DNA of 64,000 bases from Psammoneis japonica. Lineage: Eukaryota. Made by a program: the position numbers and the translations under genes. The stretch lies in contig QPGO01000082.1 in NCBI GenBank assembly GCA_008632985.1, positions 124,001 through 188,000 on the forward strand, read 5' to 3'. Positions 26,784 to 39,850 of the stretch are shown here, one piece after another. The notes under the pieces were generated by a model. That model saw only the letters and a list, made by a program, of their open reading frames with translations. It searched no databases and had not been told where the DNA came from. Positions within the stretch are counted from its first letter, which is position 1; every line of letters starts with the position of its first letter.

Positions 26784-28628
26784 TGGTGGCCAAAAAGAAC
26801 CCTGTTGTTGCTCCTGCCAAGGTGTCAAGACAGGAGAAGGCCAAGATCACCTCCAAGGAGGGGGGCAAGTTGGCAAGTGTCAAGGTCAAAAAGCAGAGTC
26901 CTGTTGCTTCCACCAAGAAGACATCAAAGTGGGAAGATGTTGCTCCCAAGAAGGGCAACAAGCCAGCAAGTGTGATGCTGCAAAAAGAAGAGCTCTGCTG
27001 CATCCAACAAAGGAGAGGAAGCTGCCTCTCACAAGGATCTGATGGGCAAGGAGAAGAAGAGCCTTGTCTTTTGCAGCTGCTTGTCAGGCTTTGTTGCACA
27101 ACCCTCACTCCTGTGCTGACACCAACTGTGGGCTCCTGCTGCCCAGGCAGGCAGGTGCCCTTCACCCTTTGAGCCCTGCTCTCTGCAAGGATTTCCAATG
27201 CAACAAAATGACCCCTCCCCTGCCCCTGGAACTCCCAATCCAGCATGGTGGCCATTGCCATCTGGGGGGTGAGCTTCCCCCAGACCCCGCCAACAGCCAG
27301 ACGCCAGAGGGGAGATGCTTTTCCCAGCAGATGCTGCTGCACTTCCTTGCCAGAATGATGTTCTGCAACCTCTTTCACATGCTCTCTTTTTTGCTGAGTC
27401 ACATCATCTGTCAAGTGCAACAGAGCTTCTTGGTTCTCTTTTTCTCATTTTTGAATCACCAAATGCAGTGCTCTGCTGCCCTTCCTTTGACCTGTGTGCA
27501 AAATCACTGTCTCAGAAGAGGTGCCAATTTGTTGCCATTTCAGATTGCAGCCACCACCTGTCTTGGCAGATTGCAAAGACTGCCACAAGAAAAAATCAAC
27601 AGGTGCATGGCTTGTGCCAGCAGCGGTGCGACTGAGGAGGAGGCACCACAAAGGAAGCCAGGCAAGGGGGGCGGCTGGGCACCTGCTTGGCTGTCTGTCA
27701 ATGGACAACCCCACATTGTTCTCCTCCTGGGTGCTTTGCAACAACCCCCCTCTCAAACATTTTGCCCATCATTGTCTGAAGCACACCCAGTGCTCTCCTG
27801 AACTGCACCCACCCTTCTTTTGGGAGACAACACACAGCGGAGAGCCAACCTCAGGCAGCCACCACCACATGATGGGAAGCTTCTCTTTTCTGCTTGTTGC
27901 AACTTCATTCCAAAGAATGGCAAGGGGGCAGGTGCTGATGTGGCATGTTTTTTGTGAAACATGAATGACAGGACTTCAGCCACATTGTAAACTGGTGCCT
28001 TGATGGCGAGGAAGAGCTCTGCACATTTTCCCAAGAGCCCCGCTTGTGTGCTGTCCCTGGCTGGATCTTTGTTCTCGCTGACACTTCGATCTCCATTTTG
28101 TCCCCAAGAGTGCTGCTTGGTGATGAGGGTTAGCCCGGGGCAAGAAATGACGCAGACATGTTGGTGAAGTCACATGACAAGATTTGCTTTTGCAGTGTCA
28201 TCATGCAAAGCCGCATTGTCACAGGAGATGACACCCAGAAGCGAGCACAAAAAAAAGAAAAAAGTGAGCGCCGACAAGCAAGACAGCACGAGGACGGGAG
28301 AATATAATGAGAGAAAAGGGTTTTTATACATCCATGAGAGTCGTAGATAATGTTATAATAATTGTTATCTACAGGACTTAGAAAACAAGCATATAATTAT
28401 CTTCCTCAAAGCCGTATAGAAATAAATATTTGATTCGGATAATCGACAAACGGCAGTGATGAAGATCCAACAACGAACAAGGCAGAAGAAACAGAACGCA
28501 AAACGCAAAAAAGCAAAAGCAAGCGCTCATCACAACCTTCCTTTGTGTTCGCCGGTGGAGACACGTCGGCTTCATCAGGAGCAGCCAGAAGAGCAAGCGC
28601 AATCAATCTGTTTATTTTCGAGAAAACC

Positions 28629-29614
28629 ATGTCGAAAAGCGGATACTCAGCAATCGCGGTGCCGGTTGCGTCTGCAACAGAGATGGTGGATGTGGTGGCT
28701 CCTTCAACCTTACAAGCAGGTTTGTTTGCCCAAGCGAGACGGGAGATCTTAGTCGTGTCTCGTCCTTACTTACGAGTATGTTGCCTTGTGCTTTCCGCTG
28801 TGTAGGCTATACATTTCAGGCAGTGTATAACGGCGTAACCTTCCCTGTTACAGTTGTAAGTGTTGTTTTGACTGGTCCCGGTATTTTTTACCGTATGACA
28901 CCGATATTTGTTTGTGTCACTAACTTTCCTTTCGGTACGTTCGTGTAGCCTCCCGGCGGTGTCAAGGAAGGACAGACAATGTCAGTACCCTTTGTTCCCG
29001 ATTCAGGCGAACCCAACGAGAAGACGGCTGTGTTTGGAGATCCAGAAGTGCCGCACGGAGCTTGGAAAGATGGCTTGTTTGATTGCTTCAAGTTTGGTCC
29101 GTGCCATCCTTCTCTTTGGAACGCGTGTTGCTGCCCTCAGATCCTCATGGCTCAGGTATTGACACGTCTGAAAAGGAATTGGCTTGGCGATTCTGCTCCA
29201 GAAGACGAGTGGAGGGCCACGTTTCGGAGAATCTTGACCATGGTGATTTGCTATTGGGTCTTGAGTGTGTTTTTGTCGCCGTCGGGTCCGGATGTGGTTG
29301 TCGACAAAGAAGGCAATGTCACAACCATTCCCGTGGAAACTCCAATCTGGCAGCAAGTGCTTTACAACATTCTGGTGTTCGCCTTTGGGTTGTACACTTT
29401 GATTGTGTTGATGAAGACCCGTCGAGCTGTGAGGGAACGGTATGAGATCCCTCAGACAAAATGCTGGGGCTTTGAGGATATCTGTTGCGCTTTTTGGTGC
29501 GGGTGCTGTACTGTATCTCAGCTTGCTCGTCAGACCGCAAACTATCAGGATCGGAGGGCGGTTTGCTGTTCTGACTCTGGCCTACCCGCCACTGCTCCCG
29601 TCTTTGTAGTTTAA
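28629..29614 (+). CDS. PLAC8-family Cys-rich protein, intact; exons 28629-28719, 28806-28855, 28949-29614
   Basis: WKDGLFDCF, CCCPQILMAQV, RRAVRERYEIP, EDICCAFWCGCCTVSQLARQT; canonical introns join in frame; normal TA content. Confidence 0.92.
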
Positions 29615-30399
29615 AGTGTTTTGCGAGCTGTACTGTAGATAAACACTCCTCACGTGGACAGAACATTTTCATTCCGGTGTTACCCTGCTTTTCCTATTAC
29701 GGTAGTCTATGGTAACTACTCGACTGCCGGCAGTACCTGCCCTAAAAACTCTAATATCAGTTCTAAACTTTAGCTAAACTGCTCGCTTGGAAGTTTCTGT
29801 CCATGAGAAAGTATTGCGAGCGCGAACGTCTTAAAACTAGATCTCCTACTAAAAGTTATCCATCTCTCTCAAAGTCGTTGGGGCTCTTCCTCCACACTAG
29901 CTATGTGGAAAGGGGCTTGTAGAAATTACAACTATCTCTCCAGAGATACGTCACTCTACAATCTAGAGCTAGAGAGAAGAGAGCTACGCTACCCCTGTGT
30001 CTATGACGCTTGCGATACCTCTTGCACATACGACGCTATTACTCTCTAGCTACAGTAGCTAGCTGCTACTCTATCTAGCTACTAGCTAGTAGAGGGCCAG
30101 CAGTAGAGGGCCTGCATGTCGGCAGACCTTGGAAGCAGCGATGATTCGTTCATCGCATCATCGATCAGAACACGAAAATAGGAAGAAGAGGGGGGAGGGG
30201 GGCGAAGTGACCTCGTTGCTGCTGCAACAACGAAACAACAAAGTGGGGAAGAAGAGAGGCGAAGAATGCTGCAAGGGAAGAAGTGAGTCCAAGATGCGAT
30301 GCGATGCGTTGCTGCTTTTTTCATGGCGTTGCACAGAGGAGGACACCATCACAGCCCATCGCTCATTAAAAGATGCAAAGGTTGATTTTATTTGGGCAG

Positions 30400-32350
30400 C
30401 ATTGCCAGCCATTTCCCATTTTCCATTTCTGTTCTGTGTGGGTTGTCTGCTGTCAGCACCAGATTGGAGTCAGTCAAACATGGATTTTTTCTGCTGCCAC
30501 ACTTGTTGCACATCCATCGGTCAAAAGATCTTGTGTGTGGAGGATGCTGCGGTTGTGCCGGTGCATGCCTTCCTTGATGACTCAAGTTCCTCCCTCAAAT
30601 GTTCAAGTTGCTTCAGGCAAAATGAAAAGTGTTGCTCTCCATTGTCTTGCACTGGCTCTGTGACATTCTCATGCACAGGGTGCTGAGCTCCGGTTTTTCG
30701 TGCCAGCTTGTTGTGTGGCAGTCGAGGCGGCTGTGATTCAGAAAGGTGGGGATGCCCCAAAAGGTGTGCAGAATCTTGGCATGCTTGTCAGCCATGATGT
30801 CATCAATTTTGGAGATGCTCCTGCATTCCTGTGTTGTGCTCACAAGTTCTGGCAAGACAGAGAGCACATCAAAGAGGGTGCTTCTGGAACCGGCATCCCC
30901 AAAATGCTTTGGACAACATGGTGGAATTTTTCCAGCTTGACTCTGTGCCTGAAGCAGTGACATGCATGTTGAGCTTGCACTTTGACCATTTTAAAGGGTG
31001 CACAACACAGTGCAAGTCTTGATGTGCAAGTGGCTTTTCAAATCCATGATTTGACACTGTTGCATTTTCTGCTGGCTTGGTGTCTTTGGTGAAAAGTGGC
31101 TTGCCAGAGTCAAGTCACATTGTCTGCACCAGCTTCAGCCACTTCAGGAGATGCTGTTCACTTGTGGCAATTGAGCCATGCTTCCAGATTCTTGTTTCAA
31201 GTTTCTGGAGGGCAAGTCTGTCTTCAAATGCATGTTTTTTGCAGTTCTTCCATTTCTCACTGTTCTTGATGTCTTCAATTTCTTTGCTTGCATTTTTCTT
31301 CCCTCCGAGACATCCAAAAACAAGTGCATCAACAACAAGCAACTTGTCAGATTTGTCATTGTGTTGTGCACAATCTTTCAAATCACAGACTGTGTGACAA
31401 CAATCAACATGAGTGGCCCACAGTGTGTGAACAAGTTGGTTGGTCCAGTGCCAAAGGCCAAGCCAAAACAAACAACATCCTGACCAAAAATTTGCACCCA
31501 GAATTCTTCTTTGTTTGGCCAGGTGTCCAAACAGAGAACACAAAGCTTCACATTTGAATGTTGAGCAAATTGATCCATGGAACAGGCACAATCTTCTGTT
31601 TCAAGCATTGGTGCAACTGCCACCACTCCAATCTCCCCAATCTCCACTGCCACAGTGAACAATCCCTTGCCACCACCTGTTTCTCTGCACTTTTTGAGTT
31701 GATCAAAAGTGTGGTCTGATGCAAAACTTGAACCAACCAACTGAATTTCTCTTGTGTGCTGCATGTCATCACTGATGCCAGTCTTGGCAAGATCTGACCA
31801 CTCATGTGTGGCATTGCACACAGGTCTTGTGTTTTGTCCTGTTGGTCCATGTCAATTCTTTCAGTCCCCTCACATGCTGACAATGGAGTTGTTCAGTTCC
31901 CCCACCAGCATTGATCAACTGCAAAAAATGCCACTCTTCTCTTTCAAGAAAATTGCGTCCTTGTTGTGAATGCAAGAAGGCAGATGTGTCATCACTCTTT
32001 CTGTGCTTCTGCATGGAGTGGTCAATGTGTCATTGGCATGATTGCCTCTGCACAGGCAACAACATGCATTGCATTTGCAGTGCACAGACATTTCCCAATC
32101 AGCAGCACTGCTTGCATCAAAGATTGAAGTTGGCAAACATTCCCTCTTGGTGTTGAGCTGTTGATGGATCATCTTGCCATCTGCACACCCACCAATCATC
32201 AACACATGTCAAGCAGGTGCCAAGGCCATTCAATCACCATCAGAGGATGTGAATGACCACTTCTTCAATCTTGGCATGCGCACATGTCATCAGGAGCATC
32301 CCTCAGCATGGCAAATGAAGTGGTGCCAGAAGGAAAGTTCTTCTTTTGCC
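30400..32350 (-). mobile_element. Decayed DDE transposase relic (MULE-related/DUF6729-like)
   Basis: SDHTFDQLKK...LFTVAVEIGEIG...VLCLDTWPNKEEFW (31378-31821) resembles the DHTF...GEI...YxD(T) core; broken frames. Confidence 0.5.
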
Positions 32351-33389
32351 ATTTGAGTTTCTTGGCATTCACCTCTCCTGGCATCATCTCGATTTGAGTT
32401 GGCATGAAACCAAGATGGACACAAGCCCAGAAGACACAAAATCAACAAAGCCCAAACAGGTGTGGGACAAGGAGCCTTCTTTTTTTTCACATTTCAGTTC
32501 ATTTCCAAATCTCTCTCTCTCTCTCTCTCTCAAGCACCAGTGAAGAAAAAATGTCTTCTTCTTTGATGTGAGAGCACTGATGGCAACAGCAGCAGCAGTG
32601 ATCATGTTCAATGCGATGGTGGTGCTGATGGCAGCAGCAGTGGTGGCATTTGAAAAGATGGTTGTTGTGGATGGCTTGCCATTTTTTTGAAGCCCTGGTG
32701 TGTGTGTGGAACAGGTCCTCCATGCCTTTCTCAGTTGTGCAAGCCACTGACCACCCTGTGTTTTTTTTTGTGTTGTTTCTTGCATTGCTTGTGACAAAGC
32801 AGTGGACAGCCATGTTTCACTCAGTGCTCATGTTCTTTCCACAATGCATGGATTTTGGGCAGCTTGGATCATGGTCCTTCTTGCAGGTGGGTCCTTGTTT
32901 GCACATCTTGCACTCAACAACCTTTTTTGGAGTGATGTGGCTGTTTGGAAGAGCAAGGATTTGCAACTCTGCCACTGCGGCTGGCGACATTGTCAACCGA
33001 GGCACATTTTTTTTGACAACTTGGCAATTCTAGAAAAAAGCTTGCCAAGTTGCTGCTTTTTTTGTGGCTGGCTTTTGAGCCCAAGACTGAGTGCTCATGG
33101 CATTGGGAAGCTTGGGGGGACAATGCTTTTCCATTTTGCTGCAATTCATTGTCTCAGAACTGTCTTGTGTGGGTTGGTGCTGATGATGAATGAGATGAAA
33201 AAAGACCACCAGAGGAGTTTGAATGTTTTGTGTGTGGTGTCTTTGTCCAAGCACCACCACTCAAATTGTTGCAGCCCATCTGTCTGAGATGGATCAACCA
33301 AGGTGGCTGTGGCTGTTCAAGGTTGTCCTTGCCTTGGTCTTTGTCCTGCTCAACCAAGAACTCTGCCAATGCCTCTCTGCTCATTCCAA

Positions 33390-35390
33390 GTCAGCCACTT
33401 CATCCCATCTCAATGACACACATGCTTTCCTCCCTCACTCAGTCATCCCCTGGCTCCTTCAATGCATCTTGTCCTCCTTGGGGCACCCTGGTCTAAAGCC
33501 AAAATGCTTGCAACTAAATCTGGCTCCTTTCCTGCCCTCTCCCAGCAAGATGCTTCCACCCTTGCCCATGCCTTCTCTTTTGTCAATCCATCCAATGACC
33601 TCTGCCCACATCCCCTGAAATCACCACTGGAGTTTGCTTCTTGGGCCAGCCTGTTGGCTCTCCTAAATGTGCCTCTGACTTTTTTGCATCTGAAGCTAAT
33701 GATTTTGCCCAAGCCCTCCTTTGCCTCACCACCTGAAAGTGCACTTTTCTGCAAATGTGCCATCCCCTCCAACACTCACTCCCTTGTCTCTGATGTCTGG
33801 TGCAACTTCCAATCCTTTGATGACTCTGACCTCTTCCATTGGGCCTCTCCTTTCATCAATGCCATTGTTGGCCATTCCCTCTGATTTCTCTGCTGCCTTG
33901 CTGCCTCCCCTTTGGCCCTTCCAATGACAGCCCAACCAGTTGCCTCTTTTCCTGCTGCCTTCAGTGGAGTTGGCCATTGTGATGTGTGTCTGCCTCAGCC
34001 ACCCCATCTTTTTTTGTCTCTCTTGCCTGTTCCCGCCATTTTGCCAGACATGGTCTTTCTCCTTGACTGGTGACCAGTGCTTCAAACTCCTGTCCAGCTG
34101 GTCTTCTGCCCTCTTCTCCTGGTCCAACTCTTGCTCTTCCCTTTGCCTTTAGAAGCCCTTCCATTGCCTTGCTCCAACCCTCTTCCAACTTGACTCCACT
34201 GATTGTTCTGTGCTCCCTTTTTCAGCTCATGACCACAACCTCAGTTCATGACTGCAACCTCCAAGGCCTGCCCCAACAAGCTCATCTTCTTCATCATCAG
34301 CACAACACAACCTTGCCCCTTCTTTTGAACCACCCTGATCTTCAGCTGGCTCTTCCTTCTGTGCTTTCTCCCCTGTCCAGCCTTTGCCTTCACTTTCTCT
34401 CCCACATCCACCCAAGCAACTGCCTTTCTTCCACCCAACTGGCTCTTCTTCTCCTCCTCCTCCTCCTCAAGCTCCAACTCTCAGTCATCCCCTCTGACCA
34501 ACAGAACCTCTCCCTTGCCCATGTGGCAACACTCACCCTGATCCCTGTGGTGACCACATGCTTTTTCTTGTCCCAAGTCAAAAATTAGAGCCCCCTTTGT
34601 CAAACCATGTGCATTGCACCATTTTTGCCATGCTCAAGACACTTGGCCCTCTTTCTGGCTCATGCTGCACCCCCGTCAACAAGTTCACCTTGAACCCACT
34701 GCACTCCTTCCTGATTGTCACTGATGTTGGTGATCAACTTGCTCCTGGTTCTGCACCTCCCAATTTGCCTTCCACCTGTCAACACATTGCACTGTCAATG
34801 CCACAATTCTGCATGATCCTCCCTGTTCTGCACCTGGTTTACCTGCCCCTCCCAACCAACTTGTCAAGGCTTGCCTCAGGAACACTCAAGATGAGCTCCT
34901 TGGACGTTGCTCCTCATCTTCTGCTGGCTCTTCCATCATCTCTTCTGTCAACCAGTCTGGCCTTTTCCTTCTGCTTTTTGCCCTTGACCACCTTGGTCAC
35001 ATTGGCCACCACTTTCACACCTTCCTCTGTGGTTCCTCTCAGCGCACTTCCTCTTCTGTCCCACCTCCTTGATTTGTCAAACTCTGATCCTTCCTTCTCT
35101 GCCTGCCAACTCTCCCTTCTTCTCCATTCAACCTTCTCTCCCACAGCCAATGTTGCCTGGCAGCACCTCTCTCTGGACCATTTTAACTCTTCTCATCATG
35201 CATCAACCCCTCAACCCAGGACTGCCTGGCTCCTGGCCTTGCTCTCTCCAATCACCTTGCCACTTTTCAATCCTTCGTGGCTTGCCCCCCCCCCNNNNNN
35301 CCACCACCACCAAAAGCTTCTGCTCCTCCATCTGTCTGCACATCCAAACCCCCTTGCTTTTCCGCCTCCCATCCTCTCTCCACCATGCAC
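33390..35390 (+). mobile_element. 5'-truncated decayed non-LTR retrotransposon with RLE endonuclease (CRE-like), copy 1
   Basis: SHLNDTHAFLPHSVIPWLL (eroded YxDD region); CPCGN..DPCGDH...LSNHVH zinc knuckle; homologous to 36480-39230 in inverted orientation. Confidence 0.65.
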
Positions 35391-35399
35391 CATGTGCCA

Positions 35400-36430
35400 C
35401 ACTGTGTTCTGTGGCTGCCAACAAAGAGAAATGTGGGCCAAACCTGTCAAGATTTTTTGGTGTCCAAGACCACTGTGGGTTGGCTGCTGCAATCAACTGA
35501 GCATCTCTGCAACCCAACACAACAGTTGGAGTTAATTTTTCCCATGCTTGTTCTGTCATGAAAGCAGAAGGAGTCATGATGAATGTGAAGCCTTTTGCAG
35601 CACCCCACTTTCTAAGACATGCATCAGTGCACCAGGCATGCCTCCTCTCTCTGGCAAGAAGAGAAAAACAGTGGGGCCTTGTTGGTGTCCAGCGGCAGAT
35701 CCCGCATGATGCACCAACATCAACACACAAGAGTCACGCAACATTTTCTCATGCTTTTTTTGCCAACAGATCCAATGACACAGATGCTTTCATCTGACAC
35801 AATGCAGCAAAATTCTTTGCCCACCTGAATGAAATGTTGAGTGACCTTTCCAAAAAGCTTGCCAACCAACCTGCAGCAACCAATGTTCCTGCTCCTGAGA
35901 AAGTTTAAAGCACTCTCAACCTCCACAAACAAGTGACACTGACCAGCTGCAGCAACTGCAGTTCATTTGGTTGTTGTCGCTTGAGCCTTTTGTTCTTTCT
36001 TCTTGATGGTTTCTGCATGACTTGGTTGCACCAGCATCCTTTGGAAGTGGTCAGTTGCACTCTTGTGGCTTTTTACACCCAAGCAGACTTGCTCAACAAG
36101 ATCAATGCATTCAGTTTTTGAAAGTCACAATTGGCTCTGTCAAGCTTGACAATTGATTGTGCAATTGCCTCTTGGGATGCTGCACCAATGAGCTGCTTTC
36201 TTCTAATGCTGTTTCCAATCTGACTTCATTTCAAAGGGTTGTCAATGACACATTTTCTGAAGGCATTGATTGGCACTCCAACAACACTGGCAAACACTTC
36301 TTTGTTGAACAAGCTTCTCCATTGCTGTCACAATGCCAGCCCTTCTTGCCAAGCCATTTGTTCACTGCATCCATCATGATTGACAGATGAGGCTCCTTGG
36401 ACCAATTTGTCCTTTGTTTCTTTGCCACAA
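35400..36430 (-). mobile_element. Decayed pogo/DDE_1-type transposase fragment
   Basis: GAAKGFTFIMTPSAFMTEQAWEKLTP...ANPQW...LDRFGPH resembles the DDE_1 sxWMT...LxxDgfxxH region. Confidence 0.55.
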
Positions 36431-36479
36431 TGGACCCAATGGTCAAGGCAGTGTGGAGGAAGGACTGGGGTTTTGCTGG

Positions 36480-39230
36480 AGTTTGGACATGTGTTCAGAG
36501 GCAAGGTTTGAGAGGTCAATTCCAAGGTTTGGGCCAAGGGGTTGAGCAGCCCAGGCTTGTGGGGCAGCTGAGTGATGCAAAGGTCCAAAGCGGTGGGGGA
36601 CAGTTGTTTCATCCAGGCTGCATTGGCTTTGGTAAGGAGATTTGTGGGTGAGAGAGCAGAGAGGTTTGGTGGGCAGCAAAAGAGGAGAAAGAGTTGGAGA
36701 GGTTAGAGAGGCTGGTCCAGGGTGATTTTTGGGGAGATGGGTGGTGCAGAGGAGTGGGAAGAGGTGTGGGATTCTCTAAAGAAGAAGGTGTGGAAGTGGC
36801 ATCTGATGCCACCAACAAGATGGTTGATGGTGAAAGGAAGGAGGAAGAGGCCCACTGAGTTGATGGTGGAAATGATGACTGAGCCGCTGATGGAGGAGGT
36901 GTTGCATCCTGGGAGCTTGTCCCAAGTGCTGCTGAGTTGAGCCTTGGAAACAAGGTTGTCAAGGGCAGGCAAACCAGGTGCAGGGGCTGGGAGGAGCCAG
37001 AGGTGCAGTGACATCAATGGCCAGGAACAAGAGATGGGTGGAGGGAGCATCAGGAGGGGTCGTGGAGCCAGAAATGAGTTGCACACCTGCATCAGCTGGT
37101 TGTTTAAGAAGACTCTAGGAACAGGCCTGCAGGTTTAAGTGGACATCTTGTTGGGAGCAACAGAGGCCTGCAAGGGGTCCAAGAGTGTCAATGGTTGTGC
37201 AGATGGCATCATGAATGTGGTTGGACAGCAGAGTTTTGTGGTTTTGGTGCAAGTGAAGGTGTGATTGCCACAAAGGCTGGGGGTGTTGGAGCTGTGTGGG
37301 GGCATGCAGCATGGCAGAGGTCAGGAGGAATGGCAGGAGCAGTTTTTTGTTGAAGTGGGGTGGTGAGTTGGGAGGAAGAAAGGGGCAGTTTGTTGGTGAA
37401 ACGTGGGACAAAGAGTGGAGGCACAAGCTTGCAAGAGGGGAAAAGAGGGATGGCAGGACTTGATTGTGGTCACGGTGAGCAAAGAGGTGGGGCAAGGTGT
37501 TGTGTTTGTTGTGACAAAGGCAGGCACATTGGGTGAGGCCTTGGAGGGTGTGATCAGCAACACCAGAGGGGAGGCTTTTGCATGTTGAAGAGTTGAGCTA
37601 AAAAAGGGTGTGGGGTGCAAGGTGGCAGAACATGGTGTGGAGTGGCAGGGTGGATCTTGAGTTGGGGAACAGGAGGCCAAAGGGGTGGAGCAGGCGGATG
37701 GGAGGGGGGGTGGCAATGGCCAGCAAAAAGCACACCATGTTTGGCCAGTTGCGGGGATCCAGCAAGAGAAATCAAGAACAGGGATGGGATGGAGGTGGCA
37801 GAGATGTTGCAACAGCCACCACCACCCAGGGAGGCTGGGAGACAAGCAACAAATTGAGCAGTGACTGGGAGTGGAAGGGGTGCAGCAGTGAGGTGAGAAA
37901 GGAAGCAGGGAAAGTGGCCGACAATGGTGTTGGTGAATGGTGAGACCCAAGGGAAGAGGTTGGGCATCTGGCTGAGTGACAAAAAATTGCAGCAGACATC
38001 CACAAAGAGAAGGTGGAGGCAGGATGCATGAGATGGAGCATCAATGGAAAACTGTGCTTTGAGCTTGCTTGTCAGCAAGTTGGGTTTGCAGATGCCAAAG
38101 GTTTTCAGCAAAGTCTTTGGGTTTGGCAGAGAGGAGCTGGGGGGCAAATTTGGAAGATCCGATTGGTTGGCCAAGAAAGCCTGCAGTGATTTTAGGCTGG
38201 GTGGATGGGTCATTGGTGGGGTTGAGAAAGGTGAGGGCATTGGCCAAGAAAGCGTTGTCATCAGGGAAGAGGTTGAGCAAGGAGCTGGTGATTGAGGCGA
38301 GAATCTTGGTTTTGGATTGGCTGAGAATGATTCCGCAGGGTGAGCCCAAGATGGACAGTTGGGTGAGAAACCAAGGGATGGCAGAGCAAGGCAGGAAGAT
38401 GTGGGCATTGTTGAGACAAGATTGGGGGCTGCAGATTTGGATCAGGAGGTGGTCAGAGCTGCAGCAGTTCTTGATCAAGAGGGATGAAGACCTGGGACAA
38501 GATGAGTTTCTTGGTTGTGGTGGTCACGGCCAGAAGATGTTGAGTTGTTGGTGCACATGGTCAAAGAAGGGAGGAGGGGGCAGTGTTGAGGTCAGGAGGA
38601 GAGCATGTCACAACAAACATCATGGGAGGCTTTGCTGAATTGGCTGGTGTGAGGTCCAGGAGGGCCGTTTCCTCAGTGGGAGGCGCATTGCTTGGGGGAC
38701 AGGTGTGACGTTTGATGTCAACACAGACAGTGTGGACAAGGAAGTCCATGCCACCATGGGTGCTGATGCCAGGTTGGCCAGAGTGGAGCAGATTGGCAGC
38801 AAAGGAGGAGGCAAAAAGGCGGGTGATGAGGGCACCCTGTGACGCAGCAAAGGAATTTGCCAACACCTGCAGAGCGGAGCTTGGGCAGGTTGGACGAGTC
38901 TTTGTGAAGGGTGACAAAGCAGCTGGCAGCAAGATGTGGTTAGATGGATGGTGGGAGGGTGGCTGGAGGAGAGGATGAGGTTGAGGAGGCACTTGAAAAG
39001 GAGGAGGCGGGGCTTGGACATTGCGACAGGTGGTGCAGAACATCGGCAAACCACTGAGGATTTGAGCAGGTTGGCAGAATTGGCAAAAGGGCCAGTGGCA
39101 GCACCAGGTCGACATTTGGAGAGGGCCTTTTTGAGGTCTTCGAGGGTGAGTTGAATTGGGGCGGGAAACGGCGGTGGGTGCTGGGTGTTGTGGGTGATGG
39201 GAGCGAGGCTGGAGCGACGGCAAAATTTTT
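36480..39230 (-). mobile_element. Decayed non-LTR retrotransposon with RT and RLE endonuclease (CRE-like), copy 2
   Basis: SGQPGISTHGGMDFLVH; SCLNNAHIFLP...LGSPCGIILSQSKTKIL (eroded SYLDD); LSNHIHDAI; QPADAG...LAIDVT (RLE PD...D motif). Confidence 0.7.
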
Positions 39231-39251
39231 TCTCGCGTCGAAAAAGGGCGG

Positions 39252-39701
39252 GTGCAATGTGCAGCCACCAGTGAGAGTCAATGCATCACGGCGACGTGTT
39301 GCAGCCTTTAAATGTCACAAAGGGCGTGACAAAAACAACCTTTTGTCTGCATGCACACTGCACTGTGAATTCACAGCGGAGTGGTTCATCGCAACCATTG
39401 GGCAGGAGGCCAGGGGTTCGAAACCCTGAGTGGGAGTTGTCTGCAGCAACGTTGATCACTGTCGAACGCGTCGAAACTCTGTGCAGTTCTGCACGTTCCT
39501 TCGTGCGCACCCACACTGTTCTGCCAAAACCGTGCAGTGTCAGTGCACGTTGGCAAAGAGCCGCATGGACGCGTGACACATGGGGAGGAGTGCAATGTGC
39601 AGCTGCTGGTGAGAGTTGATGTGTCACGGCGACGTGTTGCAGCCTTTAAATGTCACAAAGGGCGCGACAAAAACAACCTTTTGTCTGCATGCACACTGCA
39701 C
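39252..39701. repeat. 112-bp direct repeat pair (39252-39363 and 39590-39701)
   Basis: gtgcaatgtgcagc...cacggcgacgtgttgcagcctttaaatgtcacaaaggg...cacactgcac twice. Confidence 0.9.
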
Positions 39702-39850
39702 GGGAAAATTGAACTTGAAGTTTACAATGTCAGGTCTGTGTTTCTCAGTTCTGAATTCTCCCGTTCCACAATGCAATTCTTGACTCCTGCTTTAACGTTT
39801 GCTTCTAATCCAAGCTTTGCACTTTGCACACCCGAAACACATTCGAACCA

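Larger units (their letters stand above)
15100..28290. other. TpA- and CpG-depleted, TpG/CpA-enriched hypermutated repeat block 1
   Basis: TA and CG nearly absent for many kb; all six frames give Cys/His/Trp/Gln-rich, almost Tyr-free pseudo-ORFs. Confidence 0.95.

Noticed and set aside
25983..27420. Long ORFs spanning 26430-26783
   Set aside because: Artefacts of translating through the N gap.
33390..39230. Large inverted repeat or DIRS-type element
   Set aside because: The arms are only distantly similar and each carries non-LTR RT and zinc-knuckle motifs; no tyrosine recombinase was seen.
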